The notes below the pieces were generated by a model that had not been told where the DNA came from, searched no databases, and saw nothing but the letters and a program-made list of their open reading frames with translations. A stretch of 64,000 nt of DNA from an uncultured candidate division Zixibacteria bacterium (GTDB lineage: Bacteria; Zixibacteria; MSB-5A5; GN15; PGXB01): contig OY969724.1 in assembly GCA_963702205.1 (NCBI GenBank), forward strand, positions 3,232,001 to 3,296,000. Reading direction: 5' to 3'. This document shows, piece by piece, positions 39,686-49,171 of the stretch (positions within the stretch are counted from its first letter, which is position 1; each line of letters begins with the position of its first letter). Made by a program: the position numbers and the translations under genes.

Positions 39686-41212
39686 TTACCCGGCCAACAA
39701 ATATCGCTGGACTTTGCCTGAAGGCGATTTAGGGATACTATCCCGATATTCAATCATGGCCGGGACTTTATATAAAGGGAGATTTTTATGGCATAATTTA
39801 AATATTTCATTTTCAGGAGTGTTGGATCCATCTTTCAACACCACAATCGCCTTAATCTTTTCGCCGAGCAGGTCATCGGGTATCCCCAGGACGACAGCCT
39901 CCTGCACACCGGGATGTGTCATGATAATATCTTCTATTTCCTTGGGACTGATTCTATACGCACCGGATTTAATCATATCATCCCGACGTCCTACCACATA
40001 AATGAATCCATCGTCATCCATCATAGCCAGGTCATTCGTATGCAAACCGTCTGTTTTGAGCACTTTTGCGGTTTCTTCAGGACGATTCCAATATCCCAGC
40101 ATAACATTGTCTCCCTCGGCGACGATCTCTCCGATTTTCCCGGACGGGCAAATATCGCCGGATTCATTACGAACCGTTAACCTGACACCGGGGATTGATT
40201 TCCCGATGGAACCTGTTTTCGTTGGATGCAAAGCCGGTTCATAATATGACAATCGTGCCGAAGCCTCGGTCTGGCCGTACATTACGAATAACCTGACCCG
40301 GGGTAATGCTTCAATGATGTTTTGTGTAATTACCGGAGCCATGGGGCCCCCCGCCTGAGTCATATATCTCAGATGCTCCCATTCGCTTTTAAAGAAATTC
40401 GATTTATTCATCAAGATAATAAACGTCGATGGGACCCCGGCAAAACCCGTGACTTTCTCTTGCGCCATTATTTTTAGAATAAGGCTCGGAAAAGCAAAGC
40501 GGTTATCTATGACCACACTGCCGCCGACTCGCATGTGTGTAAGAAGAACGGAGTTGCCATAGGCATACGTAAGCGGCAGGACGTCCATCGCAATATCTTG
40601 GTCGGTTAATTCCAGATAGCTGATGATCGAATTGCTGTTAGCGACCAGATTGCGGTGTGACAGCATAACGCCCTTCGGAGCTCCCGTCGTACCCGATGTA
40701 TAAATAATCATGGCCGGGTCATTGGGATCAATCGTTACGCTCGGGCCACGGCTGGCATTTTCAGCCAGAATTTGGGGGAGATAATCCGGCTTTATGCGGG
40801 ACGGGATTTTCTCATCATCCTCCGCTCCATCGACTATAATAATTTTGAGGTCTTCAAGGTCATCCACATAATCCCCGATAAGATGCCAATGCCTGGTCTG
40901 AATAATTATAACCTTGGGAGTGCAATTGATTAAAATGCCCTTTTCGGCAATCGCAGATGACACGGGATTACGACCCACCACTACGCCACCGGCCTTCAAC
41001 ACGGCAAAATATGATATAACGTAATTTATGGATGAATCCCAAATAATGGCTGCCCTGTCGCCTTTTTTCAGGCCCGATTGATTCAGGAAAAGCGCCAGAC
41101 AATCCGCTTGCCGGTTCAAATCTTCATAGTTTACCCGGGTATCCATATAAACGAGGGCGGGACAATTTGAATGAGTTTCCGATGAAGATTCGAGAAAATT
41201 ATGCACCAACAT
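39686..41212 (-). CDS. AMP-dependent acyl-CoA ligase (class I adenylate-forming enzyme)
   Basis: YTSGTTGAPKG, MYGQTE, GRRDDMIKSGAYRISP, PKSPSGKV. Confidence 0.92.
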   Translation of the reverse strand: MLVHNFLESSSETHSNCPALVYMDTRVNYEDLNRQADCLALFLNQSGLKKGDRAAIIWDSSINYVISYFAVLKAGGVVVGRNPVSSAIAEKGILINCTPKVIIIQTRHWHLIGDYVDDLEDLKIIIVDGAEDDEKIPSRIKPDYLPQILAENASRGPSVTIDPNDPAMIIYTSGTTGAPKGVMLSHRNLVANSNSIISYLELTDQDIAMDVLPLTYAYGNSVLLTHMRVGGSVVIDNRFAFPSLILKIMAQEKVTGFAGVPSTFIILMNKSNFFKSEWEHLRYMTQAGGPMAPVITQNIIEALPRVRLFVMYGQTEASARLSYYEPALHPTKTGSIGKSIPGVRLTVRNESGDICPSGKIGEIVAEGDNVMLGYWNRPEETAKVLKTDGLHTNDLAMMDDDGFIYVVGRRDDMIKSGAYRISPKEIEDIIMTHPGVQEAVVLGIPDDLLGEKIKAIVVLKDGSNTPENEIFKLCHKNLPLYKVPAMIEYRDSIPKSPSGKVQRYLLAG

Positions 41213-41788
41213 CTTGCTTCTCCTTCATTTTAGGGCACAAAATAATTTCACACGGCTCGGAATACTGAGACCCATATTTCTCATCCGAGCTTTAATTAAT
41301 ATTAAGGCGCTTCAATGATGTCATATGACAACAATGGGATGACTAAATGCCGTCAAGCGGCACTAATAAACAGCCCCGCGATCAATTGGCACCTTTTGAC
41401 GATTGGCCTGCGATATGCACCTTTACAATATTCACACATAATCGATTCATTTATCAATATCCAAATGATACTTAATATTTCTATGATTACAATTAATAAA
41501 TACGCGGCAAAGTCTGCAAAATGCGCAGAAAATTATATGGCTGAGTTTGTCCAATAAATGGCTGGTGTGATTTTGCTTTAAGGAAGTATAAAATGGCGTT
41601 TAAATCCGGTATTGGCATGGACTAACGAGGAATATATAAATATATTTAAGGAATTTTTGCCATTTACAGGCTCAGATGACTTACACCGAATCCACAAGAG
41701 AATCTCCAAAAATCCGCGTCAAAAAATTGTCACAAGCCAATTAAAGGCAATTGATTCGACAATTAACATTATGTCAGGAAATAAGTTA

Positions 41789-41819
41789 AATAAAAAATAG
41801 CGGTGCAGTGACTTGAACC
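41789..41819 (-). repeat. att-like copy of tRNA-Met 3' end
   Basis: AATAAAAAATAGCGGTGCAGtGACTTGAACC, 30/31 match to 55150-55180. Confidence 0.88.
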
Positions 41820-42129
41820 TTTACTGCACTTTTCGATTCCGATAGAAATCGACCGACTAAATCCCATTATTCCCCGTTTACAATCGGTGTAAGTTATTGG
41901 AAAAAATATTAGAAAATATACAGTTCGGAATAATCCCGAAAGGGTATAAATACTAAATATTGTAGTAGTCAATCCCTTATAGCCGCCGGAAATACCTTCT
42001 TATATTATCCTTGCCGAGGCATACTTAATATTCGATTAAGAAATAACAAAAGAGTGGGAGGGAAATTGATAGCGCGATGATTCAAAATAGCTTCTGATTG
42101 ACTAAATCCTTGAAAATGATATATTAATT

Positions 42130-42969
42130 TTGGTTTCGAGCACAGATCAGGAGTTGTGTATGGAGCCTCTGATTAATCAACGAACCGAATTTGGACCGGG
42201 GGTTAATTCAGTGAGGACTATTCGCTGCACCTGCCCAATCATCCCTGTCCTTCTTGTGATTTCCTTGTTTATGGCAGTGCCGAGCTTGGCTGATTCCACT
42301 GGTACTTCCGCACGAGTCCAACCCAAGCGATGGTTCTCACTCACTCCACGACCGTTGTGGGAATGCCAACATTTCCTCATCACCGAATTCGGAGTCGTGT
42401 ATCGGTGCGACAAGCCACCAAAGGCCGAGGCAGATGTGTGGACAACCTTTCTGGCCGAGGTGGGTTTTATGCGCAACCTAACCCTCCGATCGGCGGTCGG
42501 CTGCTCGTTATTCGGCGAAAGCGGGGGCGACGGCTCAAGGGCAGGGATTCGAGGCCGATATCGGCTGTGGTTAAAGCCTCGCGGGAAGGGGCCGCCTTAC
42601 ACCAGCGTAGATATAACCCCTGGGGTTATTCTGTGGGGATCGCACAGGTACGCTTACCCCCCACTTTCAGGACCGGATGATCCCGACCTATCCAATACTC
42701 GCCTGCTCAACGTCCGGTATCCGGGCTTTGCGACATCTGTCGCTCTGAACTGGCGCGAATGGCTGGGTATCATATTCCATGCCGAGTATATTCCGCTCGA
42801 CCAAGTGAGTCCACCGCCTCTGTCCGAAACAGAACCGCGTCGCACCCACGATACGGCATGGTATTTAGGATTGAGGACGGGGTCATATGGCGGCCCGTTG
42901 TTGTGGGTGTCTGTCGCAATCGCCACTATTGCCATGGCTGCTGTATTCAGCGGTTCAGGCATGTTTTAA
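42130..42969 (+). CDS. Hypothetical exported protein, possibly beta-barrel-like
   Basis: Hydrophobic signal-like segment, alternating beta-strand patterns, hydrophobic C-terminus; start likely 42160 or later. Confidence 0.5.
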   Translation: MVSSTDQELCMEPLINQRTEFGPGVNSVRTIRCTCPIIPVLLVISLFMAVPSLADSTGTSARVQPKRWFSLTPRPLWECQHFLITEFGVVYRCDKPPKAEADVWTTFLAEVGFMRNLTLRSAVGCSLFGESGGDGSRAGIRGRYRLWLKPRGKGPPYTSVDITPGVILWGSHRYAYPPLSGPDDPDLSNTRLLNVRYPGFATSVALNWREWLGIIFHAEYIPLDQVSPPPLSETEPRRTHDTAWYLGLRTGSYGGPLLWVSVAIATIAMAAVFSGSGMF

Positions 42970-43155
42970 CGTCAGGGCGGTGCAGCTGCGGGAAAATTCG
43001 GTGGTCTGCATTGTTGCATCCCAGTAACAACCTTGATTGCTTTCAAAGCGTCGGAATGGGTGTAATCGAGATTCCCAGACCCATGAAAACACCCCTGCCA
43101 GAATTAGTGCAATATGTTTGACCCTGTCAGGTATGGGGCACATATGAATTAAAGT

Positions 43156-43184
43156 TTGACAAAATGGATCGGAATAATTATTAT
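43156..43184 (+). promoter_or_regulatory. Sigma70 promoter
   Basis: TTGACA-17 bp-TATTAT upstream of 43268. Confidence 0.6.
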
Positions 43185-43267
43185 TATTTATAGTTCAGAA
43201 AAATATATTTTATGGACTGACCCAAAAAAGCCAGTCGCGATTTATCATCCAACAAAGGAGTATACCC

Positions 43268-44572
43268 ATGAGGCGGGCCATAGTGCGTGGATTGGTGCTG
43301 GCCACTCTGCTGGCCGGTTTAGCAGGTGCTGTCGGCATGATGGTGGATCTCTCGGGATGGTGGACAGTTATCGGGGACAATGGGCATTTTGTGAAAATAA
43401 CGCAACAGGGTTCAAACGTTATGATCCGGGATGGCGATGGAACATTTCTCAATAACGGCGTCTTTGCCAATGACACCATGTTACTATACATGACCAATCC
43501 CATCCCTGATACCCTCGTCTGGCTATATGCCAATGATACCCTTTATGGCCATAGCGAGGAAGGCGAGCCAATGACGCTGGTTAGATATGAAGTTGATCTC
43601 AGCGGTTTATGGAAGATCCTCGAATACGACAACTTCCTTATAATGCACCAGCTGGGTTTTGACATCGATGTCTGGGAAGTCGATTTAACCGGCTGGGCAA
43701 TTGACAGCAGCTATTTTTTCGATGGCATCTTTGCCAACGATACGCTGCAGCTTTTTCTGCAGCCTCCGGACGTCATGATTCTCGTCTACGCCGCCGATAC
43801 TCTTCGCGGTGTCGATCCGGACGGCGTCCCAATTACTCTGGTGCGCGCTCCGGACGGTCCGTGGTCGCATGTCAGGTGCGGGACAATTACGGTCGACGGT
43901 GTTGTCGAAGATTGGCCTGAGGCGTTTCTCGTGGCCGACGATCCTGATAACGATGGTACCGGAAACCTGTCTGCTGAATTGGATAGACTCTATCTCTGTC
44001 GGGATGCCATGTACTTGTATTTCCGACTCGATTGTGTCGGCGACGCCGCCTTCCCGCATTCCGGCGATTCCGGCGACCGCTATCTTATTTTTCTCGGTCG
44101 AAATATACATCAGCAGTCCGAATACGAAATCCGCATCTGGGATGCCTATGCCATCATTTTCCGCAACGGTAACACCGGCCAGGAGACCACTCTGGATGCT
44201 CCCGGTGTAATGGGACACACCATTGAGGGGCGAATTCCCTATTACCTGCTTGAAGGTATCGAAAATGCCGATATCACGGCCCAGTCAGCTTATTATGACT
44301 GGGAGTCCGGCTGGTTAGCCTATGATAAGATCGAAACTTTGGCTAAAGAGAGCCCGTGTGTCTGCGGTGACGCCAGCGGCGATGGAGTTGTCAATCTGCT
44401 GGATATATTATACCTGATTGCCTATAAGTACAATACTCCATCCGGTCCGGCTCCCGAACCGATGGAAGCGGGCGACGCCAACGGTGATGGTAGTATCAAT
44501 CTGATAGATATTTTGTACCTGATTGCATATAAGTACAATTCCCCTCCGGGACCGGAGCCGATTTGCCCTTAG
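43268..44572 (+). CDS. Secreted protein with duplicated N-terminal module, DOMON/CBM9-like domain and double dockerin-like tail
   Basis: AAGGAG RBS, signal peptide, 2x VDLSGxW...FANDT, ITVDGVVEDW...YLYFRLD, GDASGDGVVNLLDILYLI / GDANGDGSINLIDILYLI. Confidence 0.85.
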   Translation: MRRAIVRGLVLATLLAGLAGAVGMMVDLSGWWTVIGDNGHFVKITQQGSNVMIRDGDGTFLNNGVFANDTMLLYMTNPIPDTLVWLYANDTLYGHSEEGEPMTLVRYEVDLSGLWKILEYDNFLIMHQLGFDIDVWEVDLTGWAIDSSYFFDGIFANDTLQLFLQPPDVMILVYAADTLRGVDPDGVPITLVRAPDGPWSHVRCGTITVDGVVEDWPEAFLVADDPDNDGTGNLSAELDRLYLCRDAMYLYFRLDCVGDAAFPHSGDSGDRYLIFLGRNIHQQSEYEIRIWDAYAIIFRNGNTGQETTLDAPGVMGHTIEGRIPYYLLEGIENADITAQSAYYDWESGWLAYDKIETLAKESPCVCGDASGDGVVNLLDILYLIAYKYNTPSGPAPEPMEAGDANGDGSINLIDILYLIAYKYNSPPGPEPICP

Positions 44573-44587
44573 TACATACGAATAAAC

Positions 44588-44620
44588 AAAGGGCGGAGTT
44601 TTAATCAAACTCCGCCCTTT
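44588..44620 (+). terminator. Intrinsic terminator hairpin
   Basis: AAAGGGCGGAGTTT-taatc-AAACTCCGCCCTTT then a T-rich run, after the 44572 stop. Confidence 0.85.
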
Positions 44621-44628
44621 CTATTTTT

Positions 44629-44650
44629 TAGCGGTGCAGGGACTTGAACC
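44629..44650 (-). repeat. att-like copy of tRNA-Met 3' end
   Basis: TAGCGGTGCAGGGACTTGAACC, 22/22 match to 55159-55180. Confidence 0.88.
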
Positions 44651-44943
44651 TTTATTACATTTTTCAATCCCGATTGAGATTGATATCCTATTGCCTTTGA
44701 TGAATATTAGGAAACGTCCCAATAAATGAAGTTCTTTTGGATTTGTATAAACCTTCTGTTCTGTAATAATTGAATAATCCAAAAAGTGTCCGGCTTGCTG
44801 ATAAAAAATCTTATAGCCTTTGGCGGAGCATGTGTAAAGTCGAAGACGCAGGGGGCATCGACCTCACAACTCACATTGTGACACAAGGATTTACACCCCA
44901 TTGGGCCAAAATGTGACCGTTTTCAGACGGCATCGGATACTCC

Positions 44944-45075
44944 TCAGGGAGTACTTTTCGGCTGTCCGTCTTGCTTGGCTTGTTTCTCTTGCTTTTCTTG
45001 CTCTTTCAAAACGTCTTTGCTTTTCTTCTGCTTCTTGCTTTTATGCTTGTCCTTTTTTCCGCCTTTGTCACCCAT
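44944..45075 (-). CDS. Small Lys-rich protein (43 aa)
   Basis: MGDKGGKKDKHKSKKQKKSKDVLKEQEKQEKQAKQDGQPKSTP* with GAAAGGA RBS; not in the ORF track. Confidence 0.65.
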   Translation of the reverse strand: MGDKGGKKDKHKSKKQKKSKDVLKEQEKQEKQAKQDGQPKSTP

Positions 45076-45223
45076 AGCAGGTTTCCTTTCTACAAATATG
45101 CCATTTCGCGATCATCGCGATTTCGATATAACAAAATCCAACTATTCTTTCAACGAACCGTCTAGTATGCCGGATGTCTCGCAGGGAACAACTTATCAAG
45201 TCCTTACACTCAGTCGGCTAATC

Positions 45224-46114
45224 TTACTTTGTATCCAAGATTATCGGCAAACCGTCTTTCCCCGCACCGATAACAATTACTTTGGCGTTCGGTGAAGTTG
45301 CAAGCTTTTCTGTCGCCTCAATTCCTTTCCAGCGCAGCAATTGTTCGCTAATACCTGCGGCGACAATTGTCTGGAAATCAGCAATGCCTTTCGCCTCAAT
45401 TCTTTTACGGTCAGCTTCCTGTTTTTCTTTTGTCAGAATGAATTCCATTCTCTGGCTCTCCTGGTCCGCTTTCTGCTTTTGTTCAATCGCTTCAGTAAGC
45501 TGAACCGGCAGCGCGACATTACGGAGCGGGGTAGTTTCAATAATTACTCCGCGAGGCGCGACTGTTCTGGCAAGTTCTTCTTGGATCGTCATACCAAGCT
45601 GGTCCCGTTCAGTTGAATAAAGGGCACTAGCCTGAAAGCTTGCGGTGACAGCGCGACTGATAGAACGAAATTGCGGGATGAGAATAATAGTTTCGTAGTC
45701 GCCACCGGCCACGGTCTTATAAACGCGAGCGGCAGAGTCGGGGTCGAGCCTGTAAAGTGCGCTGATTTCCAATCCGATGGTGAGCCCTTCGCGCGAGAGG
45801 ACTTCCATTGTTTCCTTATGCTCTTTGGTCTGAATTGAGAATTTCACGACGCGCGCCAGTGGATTCACCAAATTTATCCCAGACGGAAGAGTCCTCGGCG
45901 ACACAACGCCAAAGAAATCAATCACGCCAACATGTCCTGCCGGAACCTGCGTGAAACACTGGGTCAGGGCAAGAATTCCGAACACCACTGCAGCGACAAG
46001 GCTCGCGGTGCCAACAGATTGGAATGCAGCGTTTTTTTGCTTAACCTTCCGCATGGCGCCAAGCCAAACAAAGAAAGCAATTATGCTAATGAGTACTGCA
46101 AATATAAATATCAT
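45224..46114 (-). CDS. SPFH/prohibitin family membrane protein
   Basis: VPAGHVGV, SREGL, AIEQKQKADQE...EADRKRIEAKG. Confidence 0.92.
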   Translation of the reverse strand: MIFIFAVLISIIAFFVWLGAMRKVKQKNAAFQSVGTASLVAAVVFGILALTQCFTQVPAGHVGVIDFFGVVSPRTLPSGINLVNPLARVVKFSIQTKEHKETMEVLSREGLTIGLEISALYRLDPDSAARVYKTVAGGDYETIILIPQFRSISRAVTASFQASALYSTERDQLGMTIQEELARTVAPRGVIIETTPLRNVALPVQLTEAIEQKQKADQESQRMEFILTKEKQEADRKRIEAKGIADFQTIVAAGISEQLLRWKGIEATEKLATSPNAKVIVIGAGKDGLPIILDTK

Positions 46115-46219
46115 AAGTTATTTCCTCCAGTATCTTGTTAGAGCCTTTTATCGCTTGATTGAGCCTTAACTTTTCGAGTCATTGCTCTACTTGCAGGGTC
46201 TTTATGACGAAGGAAAGAA

Positions 46220-46420
46220 TCACTTAATCGAAGACACAAAAGTATTGCGGCCTTCAGTGCGGTACTCTAACTTTCCCTCGCGCGCCAACCAGCCAAGCGC
46301 CTGGTAAACCACGGAGTCACTCTTTTTCAGCATTTTCGGCAATTTCGAAATTGCCACTTCGCCGTTTTTCTGCAGAATTCGCCAAATTTCCCCGGCCGAT
46401 GTTCCGATTTTTTCTTTCAT
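46220..46420 (-). CDS. Small winged-helix protein (DUF2582-like)
   Basis: IGTSAGEIWRIL...ALGWLAREGKL. Confidence 0.85.
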   Translation of the reverse strand: MKEKIGTSAGEIWRILQKNGEVAISKLPKMLKKSDSVVYQALGWLAREGKLEYRTEGRNTFVSSIK

Positions 46421-46515
46421 CTTATCCTTCTAAAAGCATTAGGCACAACTTGAGTGTTAGACCACGGAGATGATATCATGTCAAGGCCATAAGGCAAGCA
46501 TCACAAGGACGCGTG

Positions 46516-47535
46516 CTACGGTTCGTCGTTGGCATTCAAGTTGGCACCGTTTTTTACAACTCGTTCCTTTCGCCCCCGGTCACTCCAGTGCACATTGTTA
46601 AGTTGATACATTGCCAAATGATGCGGGACGTTCCGTAGAACGTCTTTTGAAAAATCACTTGACGCAATATTCTGAGATAAGCACGCTTGGGCTACTTTCT
46701 CCTGGCAGCCGCCAATGGTTTGCTGATAATGATAGAACGCATCCAGGATTCCTGGGATGCAGGTTGCTCCAGCGTCGAAGAATGTTTGTGCTGTACTTAC
46801 TATTATGGAAGTGCTCCAGAGACCGCCGGCCTTTTGGATACTACTGATTTCCCTTACACGTGGCTTTTCAAGGTAACTTGTCACAGAGCTCAATTGATTC
46901 CCTCCATAGCTGGCAATTTTGGCCCGGGGTAAAACGTAACCATAATCCGATTCCTCTTTGTCCGGTGTCGTTGCAATCAGCATCAGTTTATCAGGAATCA
47001 GTGCACTCAAATTGATCGCACGTCGAATTGATGTGACAAAAGTGGCTTCCGGCTCAACAAAGTGATCGGAGGGGAATATCACCACGTGGGCCCTGGGATC
47101 GCGCGACATAATGTGGCTTAGAGCATAGTATATGGTACCGGTAGTTCCCCGATTGGCAGGTTGTACCAACAAGTCAACACGCCGTTTTTCAATCTGTATT
47201 TTCGATATCTGTTCAAAATCACGGGTTGTTATTGCTACTATTTCGCCATCTGGTGCGATTTGTCGAGCCCGATCCAGAGTCAATTGGAACATCGATCGAT
47301 TGCGACGTAGAAGGTCTAATTGCGTGGAATCCAGGACGCCGAATACAGTTTGAATCCAAGCATGCATCCGGGCACCTTCTCCGCCTGCCAAAACTATTGA
47401 CCAGAGGCGTCCCAGATTTTCAGCGTAATCAGTCATGGATATTTGGCTCTCCGTTTTAACGTTCGGCTGAATTGCCGGTGTCTTCTTCCAAACTGTTGGG
47501 AGTGCGGCCGAACCAATTTCGCAGGAAGATAACAT
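46516..47535 (-). CDS. Mannose-1-phosphate guanylyltransferase-like nucleotidyltransferase (possibly degenerate)
   Basis: VLAGGEGAR, QPANRGT, FPSDH, YGY, EKP; WSDRG in place of WSDLG; the usual PKQF motif is missing. Confidence 0.75.
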   Translation of the reverse strand: MLSSCEIGSAALPTVWKKTPAIQPNVKTESQISMTDYAENLGRLWSIVLAGGEGARMHAWIQTVFGVLDSTQLDLLRRNRSMFQLTLDRARQIAPDGEIVAITTRDFEQISKIQIEKRRVDLLVQPANRGTTGTIYYALSHIMSRDPRAHVVIFPSDHFVEPEATFVTSIRRAINLSALIPDKLMLIATTPDKEESDYGYVLPRAKIASYGGNQLSSVTSYLEKPRVREISSIQKAGGLWSTSIIVSTAQTFFDAGATCIPGILDAFYHYQQTIGGCQEKVAQACLSQNIASSDFSKDVLRNVPHHLAMYQLNNVHWSDRGRKERVVKNGANLNANDEP

Positions 47536-47639
47536 ATTCCTATCCTCACCATCTGCCGCACATTATCAATACGCGCACAAAATCGAGTCGGCTTGAAAGG
47601 CGTTCCATTTCCCTTCAAGCCTTTCGATCCAACGATCCT

Positions 47640-47885
47640 TTACTTCCTGGCAGGATCCGGCTTCCTATAATCTTCATAGGCCTTGCCGAGTTTCGCGTCA
47701 TGGTGCGTTAGTTTCTCGATAACCAGTTTCCGCACTTCCGAGGTTTTCATACCTTCTCTGTGATTGACGCCATCGGAGATGCTTCGCGCCGTTTTTTCGT
47801 CGGCCCCGGCACTCCTGATTGATTTCTCAATCTTCTTGCTCGCGAACTCTTCCTGTTTCTCTGAACGTTTCTTGATGTTCATCAT
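47640..47885 (-). CDS. Stand-alone ATP-cone protein
   Basis: IKKRSEKQEEF...KIEKSIRSAG...TSEVRKLV; AAGGAG RBS. Confidence 0.8.
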   Translation of the reverse strand: MMNIKKRSEKQEEFASKKIEKSIRSAGADEKTARSISDGVNHREGMKTSEVRKLVIEKLTHHDAKLGKAYEDYRKPDPARK

Positions 47886-48076
47886 GATACATTCTCCTTA
47901 TTTAGAGTTATAATGTGATTCCGATTCTATTATTGGCTCAAGACCATAGACGAATTACTTTTGTGTCGTTCTCCGTGCAATTTGATGGCGAGCCATTCAT
48001 TGGGTACGACATCACTTCCCGTTGTTGTCGTATAGATCGGTTTCCACATTTGCAAGTAAGCTCTTTAAGTTACAAA

Positions 48077-48111
48077 GGTCAATCGGCCGAAGGAGTGGTT
48101 TTGGATCTAGT
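48077..48111 (-). promoter_or_regulatory. Copy of island 35-bp motif ending in TTGACC
   Basis: ACTAGATCCAAAACCACTCCTTCGGCCGATTGACC on the minus strand, upstream of the leftward genes. Confidence 0.6.
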
Positions 48112-48241
48112 CCTTGTGATTGATAGAGTATGATTGCGAAAATTCCAGAGTAAATAGTGCTAAGAAAATTAAGAACCAAGTTCTTTAGCTGCCCTTCCCG
48201 GGCGGTAGTGCATATTCGGCAAGCCATTCGACATTTTCTTG

Positions 48242-48270
48242 TTGACAGCAATTGGCGGCCATTTTATACT
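48242..48270 (+). promoter_or_regulatory. Near-consensus sigma70 promoter for the first response regulator
   Basis: TTGACA-17 bp-TATACT. Confidence 0.7.
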
Positions 48271-48310
48271 TTAATCAGGTTATTCAATAATCTATTATGG
48301 AGAATTTTTA

Positions 48311-49000
48311 GTGCCGAAGATAAGCGTGCTCTTGATTGAAGACAATCGCCTTCTGCGTGAGGGAATTACTAAAATGCTGAATGAGGAGGCGGACATCAAA
48401 GTGGTCTCATCTTCAGGCAATGGCGATACCATTGAGAAGGCCAGAAAGCTGGTCCCGGATGTTGTACTGCTGGATTTGGGTCTTAAGAATCAAAACAGCT
48501 TGAAAGTTGTCGGATTAATAAGAAAGCAATTTCCCGAAACCCATGTTGTTGTCATGGATTTGGTCCCGGCACATGCAGAAATTGTCGAATTTATTAAGGC
48601 GGGAGTTGCAGGTTTTATCCTTAAAGACGCGACTCTTAACGATTTTTTGCATACAATAAGATCGGTAGTAAAAGGGGCAAAGATCCTTCCCCCGCCGATG
48701 ACCGGTTCGCTCTTTTCTCAGATCGTGGAGCACGCTCTCCAAAGCGGCAAACTTGGGGAATTGATGTCATCCGTCAAGATAACCAGCCGAGAACGTGATG
48801 TGATAGGTCATATAGCCGCTGGAAAAAGCAATAAGGAGATCGCCCGGGAACTCAATATTGCCGTCCATACAGTCAAGAGCCACGTGCACAACATATTGGA
48901 ACGGCTGGCTATCCACACCCGTCTGGAGTTGGCGACATTTGCCCATTCACAGGAAATGAAAGCCAAAAATACTTCGGGATCTTCCGGAGATCAGGATTAG
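48311..49000 (+). CDS. NarL/LuxR-family response regulator
   Basis: VLLIEDN, DVVLLD, AGVAGFILKD, TSRERDV...SNKEIA...TVKSHVHNIL. Confidence 0.95.
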   Translation: MPKISVLLIEDNRLLREGITKMLNEEADIKVVSSSGNGDTIEKARKLVPDVVLLDLGLKNQNSLKVVGLIRKQFPETHVVVMDLVPAHAEIVEFIKAGVAGFILKDATLNDFLHTIRSVVKGAKILPPPMTGSLFSQIVEHALQSGKLGELMSSVKITSRERDVIGHIAAGKSNKEIARELNIAVHTVKSHVHNILERLAIHTRLELATFAHSQEMKAKNTSGSSGDQD

Positions 49001-49016
49001 CATATCTGTCAAAAGG

Positions 49017-49051
49017 ATTAATTCCCTTTTCATTCTTTTGGGCGATTGACC
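49017..49051 (+). promoter_or_regulatory. Copy of island 35-bp motif
   Basis: ATTAATTCCCTTTTCATTCTTTTGGGCGATTGACC followed after 17 bp by TATTCT. Confidence 0.65.
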
Positions 49052-49171
49052 CTCGTTAATATTTACCGTATTCTTATATGGGAATACATTATATGGTTCC
49101 CTGGTTTCTTCATGCGAATCTTATCAGCCATGAAAAGACTGCATAATAATTGATAAAGGAAGTGATCAATT

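Larger units (their letters stand above)
3955..41788. mobile_element. Putative genomic island carrying the EPS locus
   Basis: Bounded by tRNA-Met 3'-end copies; accessory cargo; visibly AT-richer than the flanks; no integrase seen. Confidence 0.65.
41820..44628. mobile_element. Putative 2.8 kb mini-island between two tRNA fragments
   Basis: Flanked by att-like copies; two genes plus a terminator; no recombinase. Confidence 0.6.

Noticed and set aside
41612..41800. 62-aa ORF ending in the att copy
   Set aside because: TTG start, no clear RBS and no recognisable motif.
42082..42101. TCAAAA-N8-GATTGA, weak match to the island motif
   Set aside because: Left arm and upstream TTA/TTTT elements do not fit; may be an ordinary promoter.
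48201..48212. GGCGGTAG ops-like sequence
   Set aside because: Lacks the nnTG end and is not in the leader of a polysaccharide operon.
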